A DNA stretch of 64,000 nucleotides from Nitrosarchaeum sp. (GTDB taxonomy: Archaea > Thermoproteota > Nitrososphaeria > Nitrososphaerales > Nitrosopumilaceae), in NCBI GenBank assembly GCA_965223865.1, contig OZ245020.1, forward strand, positions 1,472,001-1,536,000, written 5' to 3'. Shown in pieces: positions 42,117-51,908 of this stretch. The position numbers were made by a program, and so were the translations under genes. The notes below the pieces were generated by a model, which was not told the DNA's origin, did not search any database, and saw only the letters and a list, made by a program, of their open reading frames with translations. Numbering within the stretch: the first letter of the stretch is position 1; every line of letters begins with the position of its first letter.

Positions 42117-43403
42117 CTAATTAATTTTAAGATTTTTTTCCACAATATATCGTGTGTTTGAGAATTTTTGCAATTTAGATTCAATGTCCATTAACAATTC
42201 AGGAATTTTAGAACGGACCTGAATCATATCGTTTTCAAAGGTAATTATTTTTTGATTCTGATCCTCTTTTTGCTGGATTGCTTTTTCTAGAGTTTGTTCA
42301 ATTTCTAATAATTTGTGTCTATCAAATGAATTAATTTGGTTTTCAATGTTTTGAATTTTTCCTTTAAAATTATCTACTTGTTTTATGAATGAATCAAGCA
42401 TCTCAATTGTTTCTGTAATTTGAGACATTGATTTATCTACATCTTTAACAGAAATAGAACCTGAAAGAATTTCTTTTCGCACATTTTCTAGGATAATTAT
42501 TATCAAGTCTTTGTTTTTTGTTGCAAGTACGTCGATTGGATCTGCAACTAGCTTCATCAACAAATTTTTTTGTTCTTTATCTGAGGAGATATACTCGTAT
42601 CTTCCCATTGGTCGAGAAATTTTTGTAAATTGTGAATCAATTTGATTTTTAATTTGGGGTTTTTCAGAATTTATTTTTTCCAATGATTGTTTTAATTTAA
42701 GAAACTCACTGTATTCTTTTGAAGATTTTATTTTTTCAATAGATTCCTTAATAGAAATAATTTTGTTTTCTTGTGATTTCATTTCTATTTTTAATTCTGA
42801 GATTCTTTGTTCTTTGTGTTTTATTTCATTTTCAGAATTTGTAATTGATTTTATCAAATCATTAATTTCCTCAGAAGTGATTTTTGTATCTTCATAATTT
42901 TTTATTAATTGTTGAATTTCAGAATGGTAAGAATTCATTTGAGCAAGAATATCTTTGAGTTTACTGGCATATTTTTTTGCAAAAATATGAATTACTCGTG
43001 TTTGTCTTCCTAAAACATCACCAATTTTTTTTAGTGTTTGATTTAAAGTATAATTTAGATTTATTACATCTTCAAAGGTAGATACTTTTGGTAAGTTAGA
43101 TACGTCTTTTTTTATGACATTAATTACTTGTTTTTTCCCTCTTATGACAATAATTCCGAGATGCCTGTCAATATCATCAACATCAAGGTTATCTTTTTCT
43201 AAATTTTGTCCAATTTTAATTAAATCATTAATTAATGGATCTGTTTTATCTCGCAAGTATTTGATTTCAGCTAATGTTTGAGTAGTTCGCAGGTGAAGAA
43301 TTTCATCAACAACTTTAGGAACTTCGTGAAGAGAGATGTTTTTCTGTAGAGGAATTTCTTCAGGCCTCTTTTCTTCTTTCTTCTTTCCCCATCCAAAGAC
43401 CAT
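42117..43403 (-). CDS. long coiled-coil hypothetical protein
   Basis: Heptad-rich; no Walker motifs. Confidence 0.8.
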   Translation of the reverse strand: MVFGWGKKKEEKRPEEIPLQKNISLHEVPKVVDEILHLRTTQTLAEIKYLRDKTDPLINDLIKIGQNLEKDNLDVDDIDRHLGIIVIRGKKQVINVIKKDVSNLPKVSTFEDVINLNYTLNQTLKKIGDVLGRQTRVIHIFAKKYASKLKDILAQMNSYHSEIQQLIKNYEDTKITSEEINDLIKSITNSENEIKHKEQRISELKIEMKSQENKIISIKESIEKIKSSKEYSEFLKLKQSLEKINSEKPQIKNQIDSQFTKISRPMGRYEYISSDKEQKNLLMKLVADPIDVLATKNKDLIIIILENVRKEILSGSISVKDVDKSMSQITETIEMLDSFIKQVDNFKGKIQNIENQINSFDRHKLLEIEQTLEKAIQQKEDQNQKIITFENDMIQVRSKIPELLMDIESKLQKFSNTRYIVEKNLKIN

Positions 43404-43480
43404 TTGTTATAGTTTAACATTGGGGATTAAATGTGTTAGATGAATAAAATTTAAAATCAGTATATTTTATCAAAATAATC

Positions 43481-43942
43481 GTGGTAAAAAGTATCAAAAA
43501 ATCGTTTCATACAGGGACGGTGAAAAAAACTATTACAATTAATGCTCCAAAAGAAAAAGTTTGGAAAAAAATTAGTAATATTGTAGGACTGTCTTCATGG
43601 GTAATAGATGTCAAAAAAACAATTTATCTCTCAAAAAAGAAAAAAGATGTCGGATCTATAAGAAAAATTTTATTTAATGATGGAAATACCATTGAAGAGC
43701 ACATAGTTGCCTGGAAAACAGGAGAATATTTCACATATATTGCAACTGAAGGATTACCTCTAAGAGCATATGTTGCAACAATTTCAATTAAATCAAAAAA
43801 TAAAAAATCAGTTGATTTAACATGGCAATCCTACATTAACAGTAAAAAAATGTCAGAAAAACAATTTATCGAATTTTTGGCGTTTATGGGCTCGTTTTAT
43901 GAGGCTTCATTAGAAAATCTAAAGGCATTACTTGAAAAATAG
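43481..43942 (+). CDS. SRPBCC/polyketide-cyclase-like protein
   Basis: ITINAPKEKVW..I......W; VGSIR; L.NLK.LLE. Confidence 0.88.
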   Translation: MVKSIKKSFHTGTVKKTITINAPKEKVWKKISNIVGLSSWVIDVKKTIYLSKKKKDVGSIRKILFNDGNTIEEHIVAWKTGEYFTYIATEGLPLRAYVATISIKSKNKKSVDLTWQSYINSKKMSEKQFIEFLAFMGSFYEASLENLKALLEK

Positions 43943-43995
43943 CACTAGAGATCTTGTTCCTCAAAATGTAAATACAATATTGTTAAATCAAGAAT

Positions 43996-44328
43996 ATGAG
44001 TGATACAAGATTCACCATTATTGGAGTAGCATTAATTTTTGCAGGATTTCTAATTTTTGGGATATTTGGCAGTAATTATCAAACATCCAATATAGAAATG
44101 GCTGAATTTGAAAACTGTTATGAATATTCTGAAGATAAAGAACCAGTTCCCATTAATTGTTCCTACAAAGCATTTGATCAAACAGTTTTCTTTGCAATAG
44201 TAAGTGCACTAATTGGATCTGGAGTAATTGCGCTAATTAAAGGAATAAAAGGAAAATGGGACAACGAAGTAAAACCTGAGGATATGGTAGGACCAGGTGG
44301 AGATAAAAATACAAAAAAAGAAGACTAG
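43996..44328 (+). CDS. membrane protein
   Basis: Two TMs; KG.WDN.VKPEDMVGP. Confidence 0.8.
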   Translation: MSDTRFTIIGVALIFAGFLIFGIFGSNYQTSNIEMAEFENCYEYSEDKEPVPINCSYKAFDQTVFFAIVSALIGSGVIALIKGIKGKWDNEVKPEDMVGPGGDKNTKKED

Positions 44329-44616
44329 GTTTTTTATAATATGGATATCAGATCTTTTTTTCTAATTTTAATTCTTCATAGTCTTCAGGATTGTCTTGTT
44401 TCATTCTTTGAAAACAGATTTCTTCGTAGGGCATTTTGATCTTTTTCTATTTACAAAATTTGTATTTAACCTTAAGATGGATAGTGTTCAGCATATAGCA
44501 AGAATTCATAAAATATTCATTTGAAAATTTACTGATCTTTTCCATCTTTTTTGACGGATTCAGGAACAAGAGCCACAATCATATCAAAAAGATATTCTGG
44601 AAAAATGATAAAAATT

Positions 44617-44997
44617 CTACTTGGGTTTTTCAATTAATTCTTTGAGATTTTGAAATACTTGGCCAATCTCAGTCATTCTTTCATTAAATTGTTCATCAGT
44701 AATTTCTTCAGGTTTTATTAGAGTAATTATAATCTCAGATTCATCGCCACTTGAAACAACACGCATTGGGACGTTCCATTTTGATTCTTCATCAACATAC
44801 AAGTGATCTAAAATTCCCAAAGGTTTGTTTTCGTTAAATTTCAGCTTTGCATGCCCTCGAGGAGTTGTAAATGACCACCACCCATCTTTAGATTTTGTTG
44901 CATTAGGCATTATTTTCGGAGGAGAATTTAAAATGGCATCAAAGGCATCGCCTGTTTTCCTTTTGACAGTAAAAGTAAGAGTTCTAGAACGAGTCAC
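44617..44997 (-). CDS. SRPBCC-like protein
   Basis: GILDH...VPMRVV...SE....L; NLKELIE. Confidence 0.75.
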   Translation of the reverse strand: MTRSRTLTFTVKRKTGDAFDAILNSPPKIMPNATKSKDGWWSFTTPRGHAKLKFNENKPLGILDHLYVDEESKWNVPMRVVSSGDESEIIITLIKPEEITDEQFNERMTEIGQVFQNLKELIEKPK

Positions 44998-45057
44998 AAG
45001 TAAAAATTCAATTGATAGTTAAAAAGGATATAGTACAAATAGATAGCAGATTTAGAA

Positions 45058-45234
45058 TTACTTGTTTAGAAATTCTTTAATTTTTTTTAGATTCGCTACG
45101 TTTGATTCATGAAACATTTCTATAGATTCAGATACAGACTCAGGCAAGACAGTTTTGATATTTTTAACCAGATCATCACCACCTGCAATCATATCGTCAA
45201 TTAATTTTTCAATTTCATTTTTTTCATGTGGCAT
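45058..45234 (-). CDS. 58-aa helical microprotein
   Basis: Manual translation MPHEKNEIEKLIDDMIAGGDDLVKNIKTVLPESVSESIEMFHESNVANLKKIKEFLNK. Confidence 0.75.
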   Translation of the reverse strand: MPHEKNEIEKLIDDMIAGGDDLVKNIKTVLPESVSESIEMFHESNVANLKKIKEFLNK

Positions 45235-45251
45235 TTTATCTCAAATAAGAT

Positions 45252-45485
45252 CTAGTTTTCTTTTCGTATAAGAGTAGCAGTAGATCTAATTTTGTCAAGT
45301 TTTTGAATGTTCCATGAAACAATTTCACGAATTTTTTCAAAATTTTCGGCTTCTAGTTTTACCATCATATCATGGGTGCCTATGGTTTCAAAGACATCCT
45401 TTACTTGTTCTAGTTCACGTAACTTTTCAATAAGATCTACTTCTGCTCCTAAGTCACAGTTTATCAGGACATATGCAATTGTCAT
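45252..45485 (-). CDS. stand-alone Lrp/AsnC ligand-binding (RAM) domain
   Basis: AYVLINCDLG.E...G.HD..VK.E....IR..I...IRST.TL. Confidence 0.9.
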   Translation of the reverse strand: MTIAYVLINCDLGAEVDLIEKLRELEQVKDVFETIGTHDMMVKLEAENFEKIREIVSWNIQKLDKIRSTATLIRKEN

Positions 45486-45770
45486 ATCAATATTACCTAG
45501 AATTGATTATTTTTAAGTGTGGTTACCTGAGTACTAGGATTTTGAAAAGATACTTATTTTATCCATTTTTGATGTTTCAATTTTGGACTAGTAGAAGTAC
45601 CATAGATCATATTGTATCCCCATACTTAGTGATAATTCAAATAGATTAAACCCCATACACAGCTTTGATTCCTTTTTTGAAATACATTATAAAAAAGATT
45701 AACCATATCAAATCATTCATAATCTAAATTTTTTAATCATTATTTTATATCAAAAAATATCATCAACAAT

Positions 45771-45992
45771 ATGATAATAGGTAAAATCAAAAAGGATGAA
45801 AAAAGAGTAAAATTCAATTTAGATATTAAGTGTTCAAACTGTAAAACTCAGGTTCCAGGAGGAATTCAAACATCTCAAAAATATTATGGTACTGATTCTT
45901 TTTACAAAGAAATCGAACATTTTAAGAAAAACTATCTTTGTGGTAGATGTCGTGACAAAAAAAGAGTCAATTCTAAAAAAGAAAAGATTTGA
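45771..45992 (+). CDS. small Zn-binding protein
   Basis: CSNC...YLCGRCRD. Confidence 0.8.
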   Translation: MIIGKIKKDEKRVKFNLDIKCSNCKTQVPGGIQTSQKYYGTDSFYKEIEHFKKNYLCGRCRDKKRVNSKKEKI

Positions 45993-46007
45993 TTTACAAA
46001 CAAGAGA

Positions 46008-46856
46008 TTATTTCAAAAATGCCAAGCACTTTACGATGTCTGTTTTACTGATTATTCCAATTATGTTGCCATGACTTGACAATACCCCAGCTCCATTGAT
46101 ATTTTGATCCAATAGTTTTTTTCCTGTATTTGCCAAATCATCATCATAATTTACTGAGATTATGTTTTCACTCATGATTTCATGGGCCTTGGTGCTGCCA
46201 CCAAATCCAGATTCTGAAATGAATCCTTTTCTTGGGAATATTACTGAAATAACAGGATCAGTGTTGTCAAGTACATCTTCCTGCTCTCCTAGTTTGAGTG
46301 CCAGATTGAATAAATCTCTAAAGGTTATAATTCCTACTGGAATTTCATTGTGGTTTCTAAGTATAACCCTAGAAATTTTCTCATCAATCATTTTCAATAT
46401 TACTTTGTATAGAGGGGTGTCAAAATATTGCCAGGCATAATATGGAGACATATATTCGCCCACTATTCTTTCATCTGAATGTGCCTTAGAAAAATATCTG
46501 ACAAGATCAGTTTTTGTTAAAATTCCCACCACATCATCATTTGATGTTATCACCAAGGAACCAATTCCATTTTTTAACATCATTTCTGCACATTTATCAA
46601 GTTCTGTTTTTTCATCTACTGAGATTATTTTTTTGACAATTTCAGATAAGTGAATCTCATCTAGTTTTCTTTCGGTTTTGTCAGTTAGAAGAAAATATCC
46701 CAAGTCTTTTTCAGATATAAGACCGGTCATTTTGTCATTTTCAGAAACTAAAAGACGGCTTTTTTTCTCATTAATTATTTTTTTTAAGACATCTGCCAAA
46801 TTAGAATCATATTTTATTGTTCTAGGGGCATTCATGTAATCTTTAGCGTATTTCAC
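46008..46856 (-). CDS. CBS-domain protein (four CBS motifs)
   Basis: GLISEKD, GILTKTD, GIITFRD, GIISKTD. Confidence 0.92.
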   Translation of the reverse strand: MKYAKDYMNAPRTIKYDSNLADVLKKIINEKKSRLLVSENDKMTGLISEKDLGYFLLTDKTERKLDEIHLSEIVKKIISVDEKTELDKCAEMMLKNGIGSLVITSNDDVVGILTKTDLVRYFSKAHSDERIVGEYMSPYYAWQYFDTPLYKVILKMIDEKISRVILRNHNEIPVGIITFRDLFNLALKLGEQEDVLDNTDPVISVIFPRKGFISESGFGGSTKAHEIMSENIISVNYDDDLANTGKKLLDQNINGAGVLSSHGNIIGIISKTDIVKCLAFLK

Positions 46857-46954
46857 GATTTTACAAATTTAGCGAGTTATAAAAAACACCAGATAATTAC
46901 CAAGTATGAAAATCAATTTGAAAATAACAGGTTTAAAAAATTTTGTAATTAATA

Positions 46955-47135
46955 GTAGGCATTGGTTGTAGCAATACAAATCCAATGCCAACCATCGTGC
47001 TTGATGAGGAGTGCTTTCAAAATTTGTATTTAACGGCGATGAACGATTTATCAGTAGTGGTTCTAAGACATGCTTTTTAAATTGGCAATAAAGTTAGTTT
47101 CTGAATTTAATTAGCATTTTGTTATCTATGCCTAC
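46955..47135 (+). ncRNA. candidate structured RNA or leader beginning with a GNRA-capped hairpin
   Basis: GGCATTGG-TTGTA-GCAA-TACAA-AT-CCAATGCC at 46958-46989; TTTAAAAA TATA-like box at 46932; alternative pairing 46955-46962 with 47128-47135. Confidence 0.4.
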
Positions 47136-47358
47136 AGAAAAAAATTGACAATTTTAGTTTGTTTTAATTAATAGTCAGGATGTTCCATAATTGCCAAATA
47201 TAGAGTGAAATTCATCAGTATCAAACAGAAATAAAATTCAAAACTTGTCAATAACAAATGAGAAGAAATGGATGTCACAATGCATAGATACTAAACGAAG
47301 ATCTTCAGAATATCAGGCATGATAATGAAAATTTAATTGATATATTACAAAGTAATAG

Positions 47359-48768
47359 GCAATAAGAGGCAAAGTCAAAACGTCAGCAAAAACTACTATC
47401 AATCAGATAAAGAAATCAGGAGTAAAATGGATACGATTACAGTTTTGTAATCCATTTGGCTTACTTCATCAATTAAGCATCCCCGCTGAAGAATTTACAG
47501 AAGATGCATTTGTTAATGGATTTCCATTAGACGGAAGTTCAATTCTTGGCTTTACCAGTATTGATAAATCAGATATAATACTGGTTCCCGACCCTCTAAC
47601 TTTTGTTATCGTACCAGAATATTTTGATACTTTTTCAGGAGACCATAATTATTACCAAACAAAATCCGCACGAATGTTTGCAAATATACATAAAGGATTT
47701 GGGGAGGGGCAATATTCAAGAGATTCAAGACACATTGCAAATAAAGCAGAAAATTTTGCAAAGAAATGTGGATATGATAAAACTTATTGGGCATCAGAAT
47801 TGGAATTTTTCGTTTTTGATAAAATTCTAGCAACCTCAAAAATCAGTAAATCAAACAAATCAAAAATTGTTTCCGGAGAAGCACCATGGATATCTCAAAA
47901 TGAAGAATCAGCGATACAAATCAAGAAAGGATACTATCGAGATTCTCCTTCTGATACTTTAACAAATTTCCGAGATGAGGTTTGTGAAGTGCTTAGTAGT
48001 TTTGGAATAAGAACCATTGCCCATCATCACGAAGTAGCAACTGCAGGACAAAGTGAGATAGTTCTGGCACATACAAGTCTGACTAAAATGGCTGACAGTT
48101 TTGTAACTGGAGTTAAAACGATTCGTGAAGTTGCATCAAAACATGAAATGATTGCAAGTTTTAATCCAAAACCCATTCCTAACGATAATGGTTCAGCAGT
48201 TCATATCAACCAGAGCTTGTGGAAAACAAAGAACAAAAAAGACTCAAACATGTTTTATGACCCTTCTGAAAAATATGCGGAGTTAAGCCAAACAGCTCTT
48301 TACTACATTGGAGGATTATTAGAGCATGCAAAAGCTCTTTGTGCCATTACAAATCCTTCCCCTCAATCTTATAATCGACTTGTTCCAGGCTATGAGGCTC
48401 CAACAAACATTGCCTGGGGTAAAATGAATCGTTCAGTCAGTATAAGAATTCCAGCCCATCACAAAAAACGACCTGAAAACAAGAGAATAGAATACAGACC
48501 TCCTGACCCTACATCAAATATCTATCTTGCAGAGACTGCAATTTTACTTGCAGGGTTAGATGGTATAAAAAAGAAAATTCAACCTCCAGAGCCGGTGGAT
48601 GTGAATACCTACAAATTATCAGATAGAGAGATGAAAAGACTTTCAATCAAGAAGTTACCAACCTCATTAAAAGAGTCAGTAAGTGCAATTCAATCAGATA
48701 ATGAATTTTTGAAACCGGTTTTAGAGAAGGATTTTCTAGAAATGTATATTGATCATTTGATTTCATGA
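47359..48768 (+). CDS. glnA: type I glutamine synthetase; frame open from 47359 but with no canonical start
   Basis: In-frame N-domain VKWIRLQF..PFG, DGSSI.GF..IDKSD; ELEFF, HHHEVA.AGQSEI, NGSAVH, RLVPGYEAP, NRS..IRIP, RIEYR. Confidence 0.85.
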   Translation, partial: AIRGKVKTSAKTTINQIKKSGVKWIRLQFCNPFGLLHQLSIPAEEFTEDAFVNGFPLDGSSILGFTSIDKSDIILVPDPLTFVIVPEYFDTFSGDHNYYQTKSARMFANIHKGFGEGQYSRDSRHIANKAENFAKKCGYDKTYWASELEFFVFDKILATSKISKSNKSKIVSGEAPWISQNEESAIQIKKGYYRDSPSDTLTNFRDEVCEVLSSFGIRTIAHHHEVATAGQSEIVLAHTSLTKMADSFVTGVKTIREVASKHEMIASFNPKPIPNDNGSAVHINQSLWKTKNKKDSNMFYDPSEKYAELSQTALYYIGGLLEHAKALCAITNPSPQSYNRLVPGYEAPTNIAWGKMNRSVSIRIPAHHKKRPENKRIEYRPPDPTSNIYLAETAILLAGLDGIKKKIQPPEPVDVNTYKLSDREMKRLSIKKLPTSLKESVSAIQSDNEFLKPVLEKDFLEMYIDHLIS

Positions 48769-48818
48769 GATGATATTTCAGAAATAATAAGGAGTGATTG
48801 AAAAACTATTTTTGCAAT

Positions 48819-48956
48819 TTAAGAACCAGACTCCAGGTGGTCACATTTTGGACAATAATATTCCTTAGGCATATTTTCCTGTTTTTGACCTCTCCGGTTT
48901 TTTTCTATAATAGATTTGAGTTCCATCGGATGATCACATTTTTTACAAATTTTCAT
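48819..48956 (-). CDS. 45-aa Zn-ribbon microprotein
   Basis: Manual translation MKICKKCDHPMELKSIIEKNRRGQKQENMPKEYYCPKCDHLESGS. Confidence 0.7.
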   Translation of the reverse strand: MKICKKCDHPMELKSIIEKNRRGQKQENMPKEYYCPKCDHLESGS

Positions 48957-49125
48957 TTTTTATCTACAATTAATCCTTGTTAGCAGTTTTAATGGATTTT
49001 GTTTTCCATAAGTGATCATTATACGTAGATACCACCATATCCATAATTTTATCTTGGGTTAATTTTGACTTAAATTAATTGAATGATTACTGGAAAGAGT
49101 AGATCTTCAAAATCCGCAATATTTG

Positions 49126-49977
49126 TTAAAACGATTTTTTAATTTCACCGAGTATTTTGACCTGCTCAAAGTACTCTTTTTTAGTATCTGCTCGTATGTC
49201 ACAGATTAAATGATTCAAACCAATTTTTTGATAATCCTGCATTTGTGATATTATCTCATCTAAATTTCCAATCAACCTTAGCCGTAAACTTCCATCGGTT
49301 CCTGTATAATGAGATTCAATTTTTTTATTTGCTGCAAAATTAATTCTCAAAGACCAGATATAATTGCGCTTTTTCATTTTGATTATCTTTTGTATCCCAG
49401 AGGCATATTGTTGGGAAGAGATTCCAACTGGATGCCATCCATCACCAATTGATGCGGTTCTTTTTAGTGCACCATCTGATTGTCCTCCAATCAATACAGG
49501 TGGACCATTATTGGAAATAGGCATAGGATTACAGGAGAATCCTTTCTTTGAGTATTTACCTGACCACATATTTCTCATTATTTCGATGTTTTTTTCAATA
49601 GTTTTTGTTCTATTTTTAAAATTATGACCCATTAATTCAAATTCTTTTTTGTTCCATCCAATGCCTACACCAATCATCATTCTACCGTTAGATAATGAAT
49701 CAAGAGTTGCAATCTGTTTTGCCAAAACAAAAGGCTCTCTAAGAGGAGACAGAATTATTGACGTGCCTAGTTGAACATTTTCAGTAATTGATGCTATAAA
49801 TCCCAAAGTCGTCATAGTCTCAAAAACTCTTGTCCATGGATCATTTTTTTGGTACTATGATATGATCAGAAAGCCAAATAGAATCCAATTCATTTTTTTC
49901 AATCTCTTTTGCAGAATCTTGAAGAAAATTCCTAGAAGGAAGAACCCATAATTTGAAAGAGATACTCCTATCTTCAT
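49126..49977 (-). pseudogene. LLM-class (luciferase-like, probably F420-dependent) oxidoreductase with two compensating frameshifts
   Basis: MKIGVSLSNYG / VLPSRNFL...DSIWLSDHIIVP / NDPWTRVFETMTTLG; indels in a G3 run (~49945) and an A7 run (~49844-49850); LAKQIATLD.LS.GR...G.G.GW. Confidence 0.82.
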
Positions 49978-50229
49978 AATTAACTGACAATTAATCAGAC
50001 TTAATATTTTATCAGTTCAAAATGTCAAGAAAATTCAAACATCTCAAGCATCACAGAAAACATAGTTAGTATCCTAGACAAATTCCCAACAAGAAGATTC
50101 CTAGCCAAAATTAAAAATTGTCTTTGGTCGGATCGGTTTTTTTAAAACTTTGTGCAAGAATTGGTCAAACCTTGATGAGAAATTAAAATTAAAACCAGTG
50201 AACAAAATTAATTTTTAAACAAAAAATAT

Positions 50230-50511
50230 TCAAAGTTCTAATCCGAATGATTGAGCAATACTTGAGAATTTCGAGTAGGATTCTAAATATTGTCTGCCTT
50301 TCTCGGTTATAACAAATGTGTTTTTCCCATCAAATTCAATTCTGTTTATAAGTCCAGATCCAGTCAAATTTTCCAAGAATTTAGATAATCGTGAATGAGG
50401 TAAATTTGCCTTTGAAATCAGAGCAGTTGTTTTGATTCCTTCTTGGCCAGATTCTGCAGTAGCAGCTAAAAGATCCCCAACTATCTGCATACTAGTTCTA
50501 TAAGAAACCAC
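50230..50511 (-). CDS. winged-helix transcriptional regulator
   Basis: YRTSMQIVGDLL, KANL.H.RL..F...L..SGLI, ITEKG..YL; likely GTG start at 50511. Confidence 0.88.
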   Translation of the reverse strand: MVSYRTSMQIVGDLLAATAESGQEGIKTTALISKANLPHSRLSKFLENLTGSGLINRIEFDGKNTFVITEKGRQYLESYSKFSSIAQSFGLEL

Positions 50512-50541
50512 AAAAATAATGATATTTTGTATTTTATAAGT

Positions 50542-50580
50542 ATTGGTATTTGAAACCAATCATTACCAATCATTACCAAT
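50542..50580. promoter_or_regulatory. candidate operator: ATTGGT-N7-ACCAAT plus ACCAAT repeats at a 10-bp period
   Basis: Seen directly between the divergent wHTH gene and the 50612 gene. Confidence 0.45.
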
Positions 50581-50611
50581 AGTATATATTGTGGTGTCAT
50601 AACGGAGGCAT

Positions 50612-51025
50612 ATGAGCACACAAACTCAATCAAACAATGTATATTCAATGTACAAGCAAAATGTGCAAAAATACTTTGAAAATATTTCAAAAATTACACC
50701 ACAATATTTTCAATCTATTACACAATTGCAAGACGAATGTATGAAAACTTGTGAAAAAACAATAAATGCATCAGTATCTGTGCAGCAAGAATTTGCAAAA
50801 AAGACAGGAATGACAACTGAAGTTCCAAGTAGCGCAAAAACTGCCATTACAGATATCAGCAAACAAATTGTTCAAGCAAACACCCTAAACAATCAACTGG
50901 TAAAAACCACCATTGATGCAACCGTAGAAAACATCAAAACCTACAACGAAAATGTAAATGCATTTGTTGAATTGAATAAAAATATAATCCAATCTTGGAT
51001 TACCCCATTCACACTAAAAAATTAG
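50612..51025 (+). CDS. amphipathic helical protein (phasin-like composition)
   Basis: All-helical, Q/N/T/A-rich; followed by a T-rich terminator. Confidence 0.75.
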   Translation: MSTQTQSNNVYSMYKQNVQKYFENISKITPQYFQSITQLQDECMKTCEKTINASVSVQQEFAKKTGMTTEVPSSAKTAITDISKQIVQANTLNNQLVKTTIDATVENIKTYNENVNAFVELNKNIIQSWITPFTLKN

Positions 51026-51186
51026 TGTGATTGATTTTTATTTTTTTAAAATTAAAATTCAGTTAAAATATCAAAAATTTTTTGAACGCTTACACTATCA
51101 TTTTTTAGTTTTGGTTTTCATCAGTTTAGTATAAAAAAATCACTTTATCTAACCTAATGAAAATTTAATTAACTATTTTAATTATA

Positions 51187-51432
51187 ATGTTTATGAAATG
51201 TTCCTTTTGCATAATTAATGAGGCAAAACATAATCCCAAACCCAGTTGGAAAATAAGTGGAAATCTTTGTTCAGAATGTTATGATTACAAATATGCTCAT
51301 GACCCCAATTCATTCATTAACAAGCCATTCTTCAAAAAAATTTTAAAATTATCCAAGCAAAAATGGGTTATTGGTATAATTGCTTTCTTGCTACTTTTCA
51401 GTGTTCTAATGAGAATCATTGTTCAAAATTAA
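51187..51432 (+). CDS. Zn-finger protein with C-terminal TM
   Basis: CSFC...W.ISG.LCSEC; hydrophobic C-terminus. Confidence 0.75.
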   Translation: MFMKCSFCIINEAKHNPKPSWKISGNLCSECYDYKYAHDPNSFINKPFFKKILKLSKQKWVIGIIAFLLLFSVLMRIIVQN

Positions 51433-51448
51433 TTGATAAATTTAATTT

Positions 51449-51853
51449 CTATTTTCTTTTTCTCTGTTTTTCTGAAACTACCACAGAGGTACCAGTTGCT
51501 TTAGCTACTAGAATTGGTGAATCCAATACATCACAAGCACTTTCAATTGAATTATCACCACTTGAAGAAATTACTTTGTATGCTTCAAAATTCATTTTTC
51601 TGCTAGTTTTTCCTACTTCAGTAATTTTTCCTATGATTTCTATGAAATCCCCACTATAGACTGGAGCTAAAAATTCGATTTCATCATAAGCTCGAAGAAG
51701 ACCTTCATCACCATCATACCTAATTGTTAATTCAGTAGCTAAATCTCCAAAGAGATTAAGAATTCGTGCACCATCAACGAAATTTCCAGCATAATGCGCA
51801 TCACGTGAACTCATTCTTATTCGTAATTTAGATTCTGGAAAAGAATCAGACAT
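51449..51853 (-). CDS. kal: 3-aminobutyryl-CoA ammonia-lyase-like hotdog-fold protein
   Basis: [65 protein letters not shown]. Confidence 0.85.
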   Translation of the reverse strand: MSDSFPESKLRIRMSSRDAHYAGNFVDGARILNLFGDLATELTIRYDGDEGLLRAYDEIEFLAPVYSGDFIEIIGKITEVGKTSRKMNFEAYKVISSSGDNSIESACDVLDSPILVAKATGTSVVVSEKQRKRK

Positions 51854-51908
51854 GGTAATATTCTGATCAAGTATAATGAAAGTTTTTTCATGTCAATTCC
51901 ATAGTAAG

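Noticed and set aside
42117-43403. SbcC/SMC-like ATPase
   Set aside because: Only coiled-coil similarity; no Walker A/B or signature motif.
47030-47050. Minus-strand ATCGTTCATC resembling the 5' end of the glutamine (glnA) riboswitch
   Set aside because: Wrong strand for glnA, and the GGAAGUA and GAAGGAACGC elements are absent.
46955-47135. MITE bounded by 8-bp inverted repeats
   Set aside because: No target-site duplication and no second copy; RNA structure is the simpler reading.
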